Below, in pieces: positions 18,771-28,712 of a stretch of 64,000 bases of DNA (its first letter is position 1; the number at the start of each line of letters is the position of its first letter). The translations under genes were made by a program, and so were the position numbers. The notes beneath the pieces are model-generated. The model made no database searches. It had not been told where the DNA came from and saw only the letters and a list, made by a program, of their open reading frames with translations. Source of the stretch: an uncultured virus (IMG/VR IMGVR_UViG_3300030106_002968) (lineage: Duplodnaviria; Heunggongvirae; Uroviricota; Caudoviricetes); the IMG/VR virus record IMGVR_UViG_3300030106_002968; one strand, 5' to 3'.

Positions 18771-18795
18771 ATAAAAGGAAAACAGGAGAAAATAA

Positions 18796-19341
18796 ATGGC
18801 TTTTAATGTAAACGAGTTTAGAACACAGATGGTGGGTGATGGCGCCCGCCCTAATCTGTTTGAAATGGAAATGCCATTTCCAACTTTTTCAGCACCAGCA
18901 AATGCTCAAACTAAATTAACATTTATGTGTAGAACAACACAATTACCAGGAGTTACTCTTGGTGTTGTGCCAGTTACATATTTCGGTCGTGAATTGAAAT
19001 TTTTGGGTAATAGAACTTTTGCTGACTTAACTATAACAGTCATCAATGATGAAGACTTTGTAGTTCGTAACGCAATGGAAAGATGGATGAATGGTCTTAA
19101 TTCACATAGTTTAAATGTAAGAAACCCAGCGGCCTTAGCGCCACTAGGTTATTCAGTTGACGCTAAAGTAACGCAGTTTGGAAAAACTGGTGACGAGTTG
19201 AAAAAATACAAGTTCATCGGAATGTACCCATATGACTTATCTCCAATAGATGTAGATTGGGGTGCAAATGACCAGATAGAAGAATTTACGGTCACTTTGG
19301 CATATCAATGGTGGGAAGCCGAAGAAGCTGGTGTGGTTTAA
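18796..19341 (+). CDS. gp19: Tail tube protein gp19
   Basis: GARPNLF, GNRTF, INDEDF, IEEFTVT..YQWW. Confidence 0.95.
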   Translation: MAFNVNEFRTQMVGDGARPNLFEMEMPFPTFSAPANAQTKLTFMCRTTQLPGVTLGVVPVTYFGRELKFLGNRTFADLTITVINDEDFVVRNAMERWMNGLNSHSLNVRNPAALAPLGYSVDAKVTQFGKTGDELKKYKFIGMYPYDLSPIDVDWGANDQIEEFTVTLAYQWWEAEEAGVV

Positions 19342-19377
19342 CGAGAGCGTGCTCTCAAGATATAGGATGGATATTTT

Positions 19378-21027
19378 ATGGCTATAAAATTATTTGGCTT
19401 TACTTTAGGTAAAAAAGAACAAGCAAAAGAGCCGCCTAAGGGTCAGAGCTCTTTTGCTTTACCAAACGAGGCACTTGATGATGGTGCCGTTACCGTAACA
19501 AACAATGCTTACTACGGTACATATGTTGATTTAGAAGGCTCAGTTCGCAATGAACTTGAGCTAATCACCAGATACCGTGAGATGGCGAATCACCCTGAGT
19601 TAGATGGAGCGATTGATGATATTGTCAATGAAGCTATCACACATGATGTTGATGGTAAATCAGTTGACATAAATCTTGATAATCTCAAACAGCCTGAAAG
19701 CATTAAGAATAAAATAAGAAATGAGTTTGACAATGTGAAACATATGTTAAACTTTTCAAACATGGCGGATGACCTCTTCAAAAGATGGTATATAGATGGT
19801 AGAATATATTTTCATGTTGTGGTCAATGAGAATAACCCTAAAGAAGGTATTCAAGAACTACGATATATTGACCCACGAAAAATAAGAAAAGTTCGTGAGA
19901 TTGTGAAAGAGAGAGACCCAAAGACTGGTGCTCAAATCATCAAGTCTATTGGTGAATACTATGTTTACAATGATAAAGGTACGACAACACAAACGTATTC
20001 TGCAAACGTAAACTCTGGTGTTCGTATTGCCACAGATGCAATCGTATATTGTTCATCTGGTCAAATGGATGCAAAGAATACATTTGTGATTTCATATTTA
20101 CACAAAGCAATCAAGCCGTTGAATCAGTTAAGAATGATAGAAGATGCAATCGTTATATATCGTTTATCAAGGGCGCCCGAAAGAAGAATATTTTATATTG
20201 ACGTAGGTAACTTACCAAAAGGTAAGGCAGAACAATATCTGCGTGATGTAATGATTAAGTATCGTAACAAAATGGTTTATGATGCTGAGACTGGTGAATT
20301 ACGAGATGACCGTAAACACAAGTCTATGTTAGAAGATTTTTGGTTACCAAGAAGAGAAGGTGGTAAAGGTACAGAGATTACTACACTGCCAGCTGGTGCC
20401 AACTTAGGTGAGTTAGAAGATGTAAAGTATTTTCAAAAGAAACTTCTACAATCACTTAATGTACCTATCTCTCGTTTAGAACCACAACAAGGTGGTATGA
20501 TTGGTCTTGGTAGAGTATCAGAGGTTACAAGAGATGAGGTTAAGTTTAATAAGTTTATAATACGATTGAGAAACAAGTTCGCACAAGTTTTCGATCACGC
20601 CTTGAGAGTGCAGTTATCTCTCAAAGGTATAATGAGTGTTGATGAGTGGGACGCAGCCAGAGAGACAATTTATTACGACTTTAAAAAGGATAATAATTTT
20701 ACTGAGATGCGTGAAGCTGAGTTGCTTCGTGAAAGAGTCAACTTACTCGGCACCGTTGACCCATATATCGGTCGTTACTACTCTACCGATTGGGTCAAAA
20801 AAAATGTTCTGCAAATGTCTGATGATGAGATAGAGTTGATGAATAAACAAATGAAAGATGAAGGTGCTGTTATACAACAACCACAAATTGATGGTCAAGA
20901 GGGTGTAGAACAACCTGCACCTCAGCCTAACAATGCTGATAACGTAGACACAGCAAGAGGGTTGAAAGCAGAACAGATACTAAAGGTTATACAAAATACA
21001 ACTAAGGCAAGACTAAATAGAAGATGA
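19378..21027 (+). CDS. gp20: Portal protein gp20
   Basis: YRLSRAPERRIFYIDVGNLPK, EDFWLPRREGGKGTEITTLP. Confidence 0.97.
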   Translation: MAIKLFGFTLGKKEQAKEPPKGQSSFALPNEALDDGAVTVTNNAYYGTYVDLEGSVRNELELITRYREMANHPELDGAIDDIVNEAITHDVDGKSVDINLDNLKQPESIKNKIRNEFDNVKHMLNFSNMADDLFKRWYIDGRIYFHVVVNENNPKEGIQELRYIDPRKIRKVREIVKERDPKTGAQIIKSIGEYYVYNDKGTTTQTYSANVNSGVRIATDAIVYCSSGQMDAKNTFVISYLHKAIKPLNQLRMIEDAIVIYRLSRAPERRIFYIDVGNLPKGKAEQYLRDVMIKYRNKMVYDAETGELRDDRKHKSMLEDFWLPRREGGKGTEITTLPAGANLGELEDVKYFQKKLLQSLNVPISRLEPQQGGMIGLGRVSEVTRDEVKFNKFIIRLRNKFAQVFDHALRVQLSLKGIMSVDEWDAARETIYYDFKKDNNFTEMREAELLRERVNLLGTVDPYIGRYYSTDWVKKNVLQMSDDEIELMNKQMKDEGAVIQQPQIDGQEGVEQPAPQPNNADNVDTARGLKAEQILKVIQNTTKARLNRR

Positions 21028-21037
21028 GGAGATTGAT

Positions 21038-21328
21038 ATGCCAGATTTAGATGATTTTATAGACAAAGTTGTGGGCGGTGAAGCAGGGGCTGCTAGAGAA
21101 CAATTGCAATCCATGATTGGTGCAAAAACAGCAGATGCTTTAGATGCTCGCAAACAACAAATATCCTCTGCATTGTTTAACAATGGTGAGGAACAAGAGA
21201 TTGAAGAACCAGAAACAGAAGTTGAAGATGAAGAAGTAGAAGAAATTGAGGCAAGTGCTGATGAACCAGAAATAGAGTATGATGACTCAGAAGTAGAATA
21301 CGAAGAGGAACCACAAGAAGAACAATGA
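21038..21328 (+). CDS. Acidic prohead core protein (gp67-like)
   Basis: 96 aa, Glu-rich C-terminus, follows the portal gene; late motif ACTAAATA at 21012-21019. Confidence 0.7.
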   Translation: MPDLDDFIDKVVGGEAGAAREQLQSMIGAKTADALDARKQQISSALFNNGEEQEIEEPETEVEDEEVEEIEASADEPEIEYDDSEVEYEEEPQEEQ

Positions 21329-21948
21329 AAGATTTAAAAAATTTCATGACAGAGTTGCAAGGGGTTGCTCGTATGAAAAATACGGCCGACTTCAAGCTTG
21401 TCATGGGTTCTGATGGTAAACCTAAAAAAGTAAGGGCACACCGAATCAAAGTTGGTGATAGAGCACCTAGTATTGGTGATGATCCTGAACAAGATATGGA
21501 AAACGTAAAAGAGGATGTCTCTAAAGTAAAAGATCCACCATTTGTGCTTGTTCTAAAAAGAAAGGCAATTAGACCTTATCCAGGCGGCACAAAGATTGCT
21601 TTGTATTATAATAAACAGATAGACAAGTATTTTTCAGTACCTTACGGTCCTAAAATGGCTGACAATGTATTACAAGCAGAAGAGGAAATACCATCATTTA
21701 CAGATTACTTAGAAGAGGGTAAACAAGTCATGGATCATTTACATGACATCACTAAAAATAAAGCTAAGAAAAGTGTGAAGTTTGCAAATGGTGAATCAAG
21801 AAGTATTGACCATTTTACAGCTTCTGCAATTGTAGATGTGCATAAGAAAGTAAATGATGAGAATAAAAAGAAATTGTCTGCCATGGTTCATAAGAGCCCT
21901 GATCATTTGCTCAAAGCGGCTAAATTTGCTTTTAAGGCGAGAAGATGA
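21325..21948 (+). CDS. Hypothetical head-associated/internal protein
   Basis: 207 aa in the head module; N-terminus MKDLKNFMTE resembles a T4 capsid-targeting sequence. Confidence 0.6.
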   Translation: MKDLKNFMTELQGVARMKNTADFKLVMGSDGKPKKVRAHRIKVGDRAPSIGDDPEQDMENVKEDVSKVKDPPFVLVLKRKAIRPYPGGTKIALYYNKQIDKYFSVPYGPKMADNVLQAEEEIPSFTDYLEEGKQVMDHLHDITKNKAKKSVKFANGESRSIDHFTASAIVDVHKKVNDENKKKLSAMVHKSPDHLLKAAKFAFKARR

Positions 21949-22277
21949 ATTTAGATGAACTTTTAGGACATCTAAATGAGATAACTGCAAAACAAAACGT
22001 AGTTAAAATAGGTCGTGTAAAAAGAATTAGAAGACGTATTCGTAGAGATGCGAAAGGTAGGATAACAGTACAAAGAAATAGAATTAGGTCTGGCATTAAG
22101 GGTTATCGTGCTACAGGCAAAGGCGGTCAAGTAAAAAGAATTACCGCTACTGAGAGGATTAAGAAGGCAAGACTCTTAAAGAGGTCTTGGAAAACAACAA
22201 GAAGAGCTAAACTACGCCGTTCACAGTTGAAAAGGAAGTTATCAATGAGAAGGCGTGCATCACTAGGACTAAGGTAA
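21945..22277 (+). CDS. Highly basic prohead core protein (gp68-like)
   Basis: Arg/Lys-rich, ending RKLSMRRRASLGL; position between portal and protease. Confidence 0.7.
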   Translation: MNLDELLGHLNEITAKQNVVKIGRVKRIRRRIRRDAKGRITVQRNRIRSGIKGYRATGKGGQVKRITATERIKKARLLKRSWKTTRRAKLRRSQLKRKLSMRRRASLGLR

Positions 22278-22281
22278 AAAA

Positions 22282-22674
22282 ATGGCTATAGCATTTGAAA
22301 CAACTAATAGAGTAAAAGGACCATCGTCAATTAGGATTCATGGTGTTGGCACCGCAAATATAAATGTACAAAATACATTTGCAACTCAAGGTGTTGATAA
22401 AGAGAGAATATCGGGTTTTGCAATACAAAAATGTGCATGGTCTACAAACGGTAGTATAATGATTCGTTCAAGTGGGCAAGACGTAATCGAATTACATAGC
22501 ACAGGTCAAATTAATTTTGCTGAGGATTTTGCACCAATAGCAAATACTGGATCAGCAGTTGTTGGTTCACAATTTTTTCAAGTTACAATCGCTACAGGCG
22601 GTACTGTAATGTTACAGGTTTCTAAAGTAGCAAACTATGACCCTGCATTAATCAACTCATCAGAAAGTGTCTAA
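22282..22674 (+). CDS. Hypothetical beta-rich protein in the head module
   Basis: 130-aa ORF translationally coupled to gp21. Confidence 0.65.
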   Translation: MAIAFETTNRVKGPSSIRIHGVGTANINVQNTFATQGVDKERISGFAIQKCAWSTNGSIMIRSSGQDVIELHSTGQINFAEDFAPIANTGSAVVGSQFFQVTIATGGTVMLQVSKVANYDPALINSSESV

Positions 22675-23282
22675 TGAAACTCATATCAGAAACTACACAT
22701 AACGTAAAAACACAACTTATTGAGGAAGAGAACGGCAAGAAGAGTCTTTACATAGAAGGCACATTTCTTGTTGGTGATACAGTAAATAAAAACAATCGTA
22801 TGTATAAAATGGATACGCTTCGTAACGAAGTGAACCGATACAACNNNNNNNNNNCACCAACGATTAACCTTGAGAGAGTATCGCATAAGATTGTTTCTCT
22901 CAAAGAAGATGGTAACACATTTTATGGTAAGGCAAAAATCTTAGAGACACCATACGGACAGATTGTTAAGAATTTTATTGACAATGATGTAAGTGTGGGT
23001 GTTTCATCAAGAGCTCTTGGTTCTTTAGAACCACAGAAAGAAGGATATAATTTGGTGCAAGATGATTTGAAACTTGCTACGGCTGCTGACATTGTTGCTG
23101 ACCCCTCTGCGCCAGGTGCCTTTGTTAATGGCATAATGGAAAACAAAGAGTGGATGTTTGTTGAAGGTCATTTCGTAGAAGCTGACTTTGAACAAGCAAA
23201 GAAACAGATTAAGAGAGCGACAAAAGCCGAAATCGAAGATGTTGCTCTAAAATTATTTGAAAATTACCTTAGAAAACTTTAA
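22674..23282 (+). CDS. gp21: Prohead protease gp21 (N gap at 22845-22854)
   Basis: MKLISE, NKNNRMY, PTINLERVSH, GVSSRALGS, DIVADPSAPGAFV. The expected GELGH segment falls in the gap. Confidence 0.95.
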   Translation: MKLISETTHNVKTQLIEEENGKKSLYIEGTFLVGDTVNKNNRMYKMDTLRNEVNRYNXXXXPTINLERVSHKIVSLKEDGNTFYGKAKILETPYGQIVKNFIDNDVSVGVSSRALGSLEPQKEGYNLVQDDLKLATAADIVADPSAPGAFVNGIMENKEWMFVEGHFVEADFEQAKKQIKRATKAEIEDVALKLFENYLRKL

Positions 23283-23285
23283 ATT

Positions 23286-23293
23286 TATAAATA
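23286..23293 (+). promoter_or_regulatory. Late promoter TATAAATA
   Basis: Exact consensus upstream of gp22/gp23. Confidence 0.8.
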
Positions 23294-23316
23294 TTGCATA
23301 AAAGGAGATAACTCAG

Positions 23317-24402
23317 ATGTCAGAGAATAAAAACCAACTCATGGAAGCAGCTGCTGAAGTCCTCGCTCAAAGCAAGGCAAAAGCACCTGCTGAGCCAATG
23401 CCTAAAGTTGATACCTCATCAGTAGGTGGTATGCAAGACTTAGGCGGACCAACACCTTCTAACAACAAACCAGATGACGATTCAAATAAGATCAATGCCT
23501 CTGGTATGGCGCCAGATAATTCTGCAAAGAATCAGGCCACTATCAAGACGAAGCCTTCAGCTGCATCTGCTAAGATGGAAGAAACAGAGGCAGAAGAAGA
23601 AGAGGTAATACAAGAGAAAGGTATGCCTCAAGGTCTTAAAGATTTCTTAGCTAAAAAGAAAGAGAAGATGAAAGAAGAAGTTTCTGAGGATGTCGAATCT
23701 CTTTTTGCAGAAGATGATAATGTATCAGCAGACTTTAAAAAGAAAGCATCTACAATTTATGAAGCTCGTGTAAATGACCGAGTAACACAAATCGTAGAAG
23801 AGATCGAAGGGCAATATGCCACGAAGTTTGAAGAGGCTGTTACCGAAATAAAAACAGAATTAACAGAAAAAGTTGACGATTATCTTAACTATGTCGTAGA
23901 GCAGTGGATGACGGACAATCAGATAGCTGTAGAGTCAGGTCTCCGTGCAGAACTCACAGAAGAGTTTATATCAGGTCTAAGAAACCTATTTGCAGAGCAC
24001 TACATTGATGTACCTGAAGAGAAAGTTGACTTAGTAGATGAATTAGCCACAAGAGTTGAGGCTTTAGAATCCCAGCTTGACGAGGAAATGGAAAGAGGTA
24101 TGGAGTTTGCCAAAGCATTAGTAACTGCAAGGCAAAATGAAATTACCGCTGAAGTATGCGAAGGTCTTACCGACACTCAAGAAGAGAAAATCAAATCACT
24201 TGCAGAAAGTGTAGATTTTTCCACAGAGGAAGAGTTCAGAGAGAAGGTACAAACTATTCGTGAAAATTATTTCCCATCAGAAGTGAAGCAAGCTGATGAA
24301 GAAACTCTAAATGAAAAAGTAGAAACAGATGCAGATAAGAAAGTGTCTAATGACCCATTCGTAGATGCAGTTTCTAAGGCTATATCACAAACACAGAAAT
24401 AA
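23317..24402 (+). CDS. gp22: Prohead core scaffold gp22
   Basis: Acidic coiled-coil; KVDDYLNYVVEQW, LFAEHYIDVPEEK, IRENYF. Confidence 0.93.
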   Translation: MSENKNQLMEAAAEVLAQSKAKAPAEPMPKVDTSSVGGMQDLGGPTPSNNKPDDDSNKINASGMAPDNSAKNQATIKTKPSAASAKMEETEAEEEEVIQEKGMPQGLKDFLAKKKEKMKEEVSEDVESLFAEDDNVSADFKKKASTIYEARVNDRVTQIVEEIEGQYATKFEEAVTEIKTELTEKVDDYLNYVVEQWMTDNQIAVESGLRAELTEEFISGLRNLFAEHYIDVPEEKVDLVDELATRVEALESQLDEEMERGMEFAKALVTARQNEITAEVCEGLTDTQEEKIKSLAESVDFSTEEEFREKVQTIRENYFPSEVKQADEETLNEKVETDADKKVSNDPFVDAVSKAISQTQK

Positions 24403-24427
24403 CTTAAACTAAACGTAGGAGAAAAAG

Positions 24428-25774
24428 ATGTATCTTTCAGAATCGTTACAAAAAAAGTGGGAAGGAGTTCTTGACCATCCTGATCTACCAAAGATTGAGG
24501 ACAAGTACAAGAAAGCCGTAACCGCTGTGGTTCTTGAGAACCAAGCCACAGAAATGGCGAAGTCTGGTCAAGTTCTCTCAGAGGCAGTTCCAACAAACTC
24601 TGCTTCTCAAGGTGATGCTGGTATCGCTGGTTTCGGAGGTTCTGCCTCTAGCCCAGTTGCTGGTTTTGACCCAATTCTCATTTCATTAGTAAGAAGAAGT
24701 TTACCAAACCTTATTGCATATGACATCTGCGGTGTTCAGCCAATGACTGGACCTACAGGTCTTATCTTTGCAATGAGATCAAAGTTTGACACACAAGATG
24801 GTACAGAGGCTTTCTACAATGAGGCTAATACAGGCTTCGCTGGTGTAGATGGTGCTCAAACAGCACTTGCTGCAGGTGGTGCTGTACCAACCGAAGTATT
24901 TACTTCTAACGCTGCTCCAAATAAAGCGATGACTACATCTAAGGCAGAATCATTAGGTGATGGCAACGCTGCTAACACATTCCATGAGATGGCGTTCTCA
25001 ATTGAGAAAGTAACTGTAACCGCAAGAACAAGAGCACTCAAAGCTGAGTATTCTATGGAACTTGCACAAGACTTAAAAGCAGTACACGGTCTTGATGCAG
25101 AGACAGAACTTTCTAACATTCTTTCAGCAGAAATTCTTGCTGAGATAAACCGTGAAGTAATCCGTACAATCTATCAAACTGCTGTACAAGGTGCTCAAGT
25201 GGGTACAACGACTCGTGGTAAGTTTGACTTAGACACAGATTCAAACGGTCGTTGGATGGTTGAGAAAGTAAAAGGTCTTGCGTTCCAGATAGAACGTGAA
25301 GCTAACGCAATCGCCAAGTTGACTCGTAGAGGAAAAGGTAACATGATGATTTGTTCATCTGATGTTGCTTCTGCCCTCGCTATGGCAGGTCTACTTGACT
25401 ATAACTCTGCGTTACAATCTCAAGTCAATCTAACCGTAGATGACACAGGTAACACATTTGCTGGTACAATGTTTGGACGTATCAGAGTCTACATTGACCC
25501 ATATTTCCCAGTAAGTTCAACAAATGAGTTTGCTGTAGTAGGATATAAGGGTACAAATGCTTATGACGCTGGTCTGTTCTATTGCCCATATGTACCACTA
25601 CAGATGGTCAGAGCAGTTGATACTGGTACCTTCCAGCCAAAAATTGGATTCAAGACTCGTTACGGTCTCGTATCTAATCCATTCGCTGATGGTACAAGTG
25701 CAACCACACAGGGTGCATTAACCGCTCAGACAAACCTTTACTACCGTTCTATTCAGATTGCTAACTTAATGTAA
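24428..25774 (+). CDS. gp23: Major capsid protein gp23
   Basis: DPILISLVRR, GVQPMTGPTGLIFAMR, ELAQDLKAVHGLDAE, FQPKIGFKTRYG. Confidence 0.98.
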   Translation: MYLSESLQKKWEGVLDHPDLPKIEDKYKKAVTAVVLENQATEMAKSGQVLSEAVPTNSASQGDAGIAGFGGSASSPVAGFDPILISLVRRSLPNLIAYDICGVQPMTGPTGLIFAMRSKFDTQDGTEAFYNEANTGFAGVDGAQTALAAGGAVPTEVFTSNAAPNKAMTTSKAESLGDGNAANTFHEMAFSIEKVTVTARTRALKAEYSMELAQDLKAVHGLDAETELSNILSAEILAEINREVIRTIYQTAVQGAQVGTTTRGKFDLDTDSNGRWMVEKVKGLAFQIEREANAIAKLTRRGKGNMMICSSDVASALAMAGLLDYNSALQSQVNLTVDDTGNTFAGTMFGRIRVYIDPYFPVSSTNEFAVVGYKGTNAYDAGLFYCPYVPLQMVRAVDTGTFQPKIGFKTRYGLVSNPFADGTSATTQGALTAQTNLYYRSIQIANLM

Positions 25775-25795
25775 TCGAATAGATACACCCCGCCT

Positions 25796-25822
25796 AGAGG
25801 CCCCTTGAGGGCCTCTTTTTTT
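25796..25822 (+). terminator. Rho-independent terminator after gp23
   Basis: AGAGGCCC-cttga-GGGCCTCT followed by a T run. Confidence 0.9.
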
Positions 25823-25854
25823 GTCTCCGCTTTTAGTTATGGATAAATAACATT

Positions 25855-26385
25855 ATGGCAGTTACAGATACAAACCCAATCAATCCAAACTTTCTACATC
25901 CGAATAAATTTATATTTTCGATGGCGAGAGCACCAAACTTACAATACTTTTGTCAATCAGCAACTGTGCCTGGTTTATCATTAGGTGAAGCAGTATTCAA
26001 TACACCATTCGTTGACTTGTTCTCACCAGGTGAAAAGCCAATCTATGATTTATTAAACATAACTTTTCTAATAGATGAAGACATGAAAGGTTGGCTAGAG
26101 ATACATGATTGGCTTCGTGCTATGACATTTCCAGAAAGTTATGAAGATTATAGAAGATTACCCAAATTAAATAAGTTTGCAGACAGGCCGAACTTCCCTC
26201 AGTTTTGTGATTGTTCTCTAACATTGTTTACCTCATCGAACAATGCAAAATTTAGGTTTTTATTTAAAGATGTATTTCCAACAACACTCTCTACTTTTGT
26301 AATTAATTCTGCCGATAGTCCTGAAGAGGTACTTACAGCAGATGCCACATTCAGGTTTGCCTTTTATAATGTTGAAAAATTCTAA
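25855..26385 (+). CDS. gp3: Tail completion/tube terminator gp3
   Basis: NFL.PNKF.F, YFCQSATVPG, FLIDEDM..W.EIHDW; follows gp23 as in marine T4-likes; GATAAATA ends 5 nt before the ATG. Confidence 0.85.
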   Translation: MAVTDTNPINPNFLHPNKFIFSMARAPNLQYFCQSATVPGLSLGEAVFNTPFVDLFSPGEKPIYDLLNITFLIDEDMKGWLEIHDWLRAMTFPESYEDYRRLPKLNKFADRPNFPQFCDCSLTLFTSSNNAKFRFLFKDVFPTTLSTFVINSADSPEEVLTADATFRFAFYNVEKF

Positions 26386-26411
26386 TAATTAGTGTATACT
26401 CCTAATAGGAG
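26372..26411 (+). promoter_or_regulatory. Sigma70-type promoter for uvsY overlapping a small anti-SD hairpin
   Basis: TTGAAA (26372) -17 bp- TATACT (26395); CTCCT-AAT-AGGAG at 26399-26411. Confidence 0.65.
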
Positions 26412-26417
26412 GCATAT

Positions 26418-26852
26418 ATGAACGCAGCTGAAAAAATATTAGAAATGTGGGAAAAAGATAGTGAGATTGACCGCACAGAACCGGGTAGAGAACTCACAAA
26501 TGTACCCAAACTACATAGTAAATATCTAGCTATACTATCAAAGCATAGACTCTTAGCGAAGAGTGCTGATATTAAGTATGTAAAGATGAGAAGAATAAAA
26601 TGGGAGTATTACACAGGTAAATTAGACGAAGAAGAATTGAATCAAAGGGGTTGGGAACCTTTTCCGTATGTACTCAAATCCGAGTTGAATACATACTTAG
26701 AGAGTGATGATGATTTAAATAAGCTTGTGATTAGTAGAACAATGCACCAAGAGGTTGTTGAATTATGCACAGGCATATTGAAAGAATTAAATAGTAGAAC
26801 GTACCAACTTAGATCATTGATTGATTGGGAGAAGTTTATACAAGGTGTCTAA
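26418..26852 (+). CDS. uvsY: Recombination mediator UvsY
   Basis: WEKDSEID, PKLHSKYL, KWEYYTGK, IDWEKFIQG. Confidence 0.92.
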   Translation: MNAAEKILEMWEKDSEIDRTEPGRELTNVPKLHSKYLAILSKHRLLAKSADIKYVKMRRIKWEYYTGKLDEEELNQRGWEPFPYVLKSELNTYLESDDDLNKLVISRTMHQEVVELCTGILKELNSRTYQLRSLIDWEKFIQGV

Positions 26853-28344
26853 TATTATACTACACAAAGAAAATGAAGCCTTTTTAAAGGTAGAATGTGA
26901 GGATCATTATGCGGTGGAATTATCTAATTATTTTACTTTTTTCGTTCCTGGTTATCGTTTTATGCCGGCCTACAAAAACAGAGTATGGGATGGAAAAATT
27001 AGACTCTTCAACTCACGAAGCAGGACAATCTACTCAGGCCTAATACCATATATTAAAAAATTTTGCGGCGAACGAGAATATGAACTCGATATTTCTCCAG
27101 ATGTTAATATAACACACTCACTTAGTCTAGTTGAGGCAGTTGAGTTCATTAAAACATTAAATTTGCCATTTGAACCTAGAGATTATCAGTTACAATCTTT
27201 TGTTCAATGTATTCGTAATAAGAAAAGATTGTTGTTATCACCAACAGCGTCAGGTAAATCTCTTATCATTTATATGATAGTTCGTTACTTGATGAAGTTA
27301 GAATATCAAAAAGGTTTATTAATTGTGCCTACTACATCTTTAGTAGAACAGATGTATACGGACTTTCAATCATACGGCTTTGACTCTGATAAGTATTGTC
27401 ATCGCCAGTATTCTGGTAAAGAGAAACATACAAATAATTTTTTGACAATTACAACTTGGCAATCTGTTTATAAAAATGACAAGGCATACTTTGAACAGTT
27501 TGATTTTGTAATGGGTGATGAGGCACACCAGTTTAAGGCCAAGTCTCTCACAAGCATATTGTCGAATTGTATTAACTCTAAATACAGGATAGGAACAACA
27601 GGTACTTTAGATGGTACTCAAACTCATAGATTAGTTTTAGAAGGACTCTTTGGGCCTGTATATAAAGCCACTTCAACTTCTGAACTTATAGAGAAAGGAC
27701 AATTAGCAGGCTTTAAAATAAAATGTCTTATACTGAAATATGAAGAGCAGATAAGACAAGAAGCCAGAAGATGGAACTATAATCAAGAAATAGAATATAT
27801 TGTTACCAATCAGGCAAGAAATAATTTTATTTCTAATTTAGCTTTATCTTTAGAAGGCAATACTTTAATACTCTTTCAATTTGTAGAAAAACATGGGAAA
27901 AAATTATATGAAACAATTGAGAACAAAAATAGGAATCGAAAGACTTTTTTCGTATTTGGAGGAACAGATGCAGAAGTTAGAGAGTCGGTTCGAGGAATCG
28001 TTGAACGAGAGAAAGATGCGATTATTGTGGCTAGCTATGGTACTTTCAGTACCGGTGTTAATATTACTAATCTTCATAACATAGTATTTGCCTCGCCAAC
28101 AAAATCAAGAATCAGAAATCTACAATCAATCGGGCGAGGTCTTAGAAAAGGAAATAATAAAGAAACTGCCGTGCTATTCGACATTGTAGATGACTTTCGT
28201 ATAGGTAAATTTGCAAACTATACGATTAAACATTTCATAGAAAGGTGTAAAATATATGATGATGAAAAATTCAGTTATAAATTTTACAACATAGAGCTCA
28301 AAAATGGAAAAACAGATCAAGATAGTAAGGTTGCAATCGGGTGA
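26845..28344 (+). CDS. uvsW: SF2 DNA helicase UvsW (probable GTG start at 26845)
   Basis: WDGKIRLF, PRDYQ, SPTASGKS, DEAH, QSIGRGLR. Confidence 0.95.
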   Translation: MSNIILHKENEAFLKVECEDHYAVELSNYFTFFVPGYRFMPAYKNRVWDGKIRLFNSRSRTIYSGLIPYIKKFCGEREYELDISPDVNITHSLSLVEAVEFIKTLNLPFEPRDYQLQSFVQCIRNKKRLLLSPTASGKSLIIYMIVRYLMKLEYQKGLLIVPTTSLVEQMYTDFQSYGFDSDKYCHRQYSGKEKHTNNFLTITTWQSVYKNDKAYFEQFDFVMGDEAHQFKAKSLTSILSNCINSKYRIGTTGTLDGTQTHRLVLEGLFGPVYKATSTSELIEKGQLAGFKIKCLILKYEEQIRQEARRWNYNQEIEYIVTNQARNNFISNLALSLEGNTLILFQFVEKHGKKLYETIENKNRNRKTFFVFGGTDAEVRESVRGIVEREKDAIIVASYGTFSTGVNITNLHNIVFASPTKSRIRNLQSIGRGLRKGNNKETAVLFDIVDDFRIGKFANYTIKHFIERCKIYDDEKFSYKFYNIELKNGKTDQDSKVAIG

Positions 28345-28696
28345 GGACATCATTGCAAACTTCTCAGAAAATAAAAAAACTAAAAAGGTAACACTAGAAA
28401 GTCCTATGCACATTATATTTAAAAGGCTTAATTCTAAAACAGGGCCAATGATGTACATGGTGCCTTGGTTGCCAGTAGAAATGGTAGATGAAGATAAAGC
28501 TTGTTTTGATTCTTCTAATGTATTAGTAACACTTGAACCTAAAAAAGATATGTCTGAATATTATCAAGATTTAGTGTTACAAGCTAAAGATAGGGTAAAA
28601 GATAGTGAAGATGGTTTTTTTGAAGACGAGTGGGAAGAAATCACGGACGAGTATATAAATACTACACCAAAGAAGAAAGGTGATTTGTTACATTAA
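28304..28696 (+). CDS. Conserved T4-like hypothetical protein (Sm-like N-terminus)
   Basis: KIVRLQSGEDIIA...PW motif; typical position after uvsW. Confidence 0.65.
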   Translation: MEKQIKIVRLQSGEDIIANFSENKKTKKVTLESPMHIIFKRLNSKTGPMMYMVPWLPVEMVDEDKACFDSSNVLVTLEPKKDMSEYYQDLVLQAKDRVKDSEDGFFEDEWEEITDEYINTTPKKKGDLLH

Positions 28697-28712
28697 TTAA
28701 AGTTAGGATATT

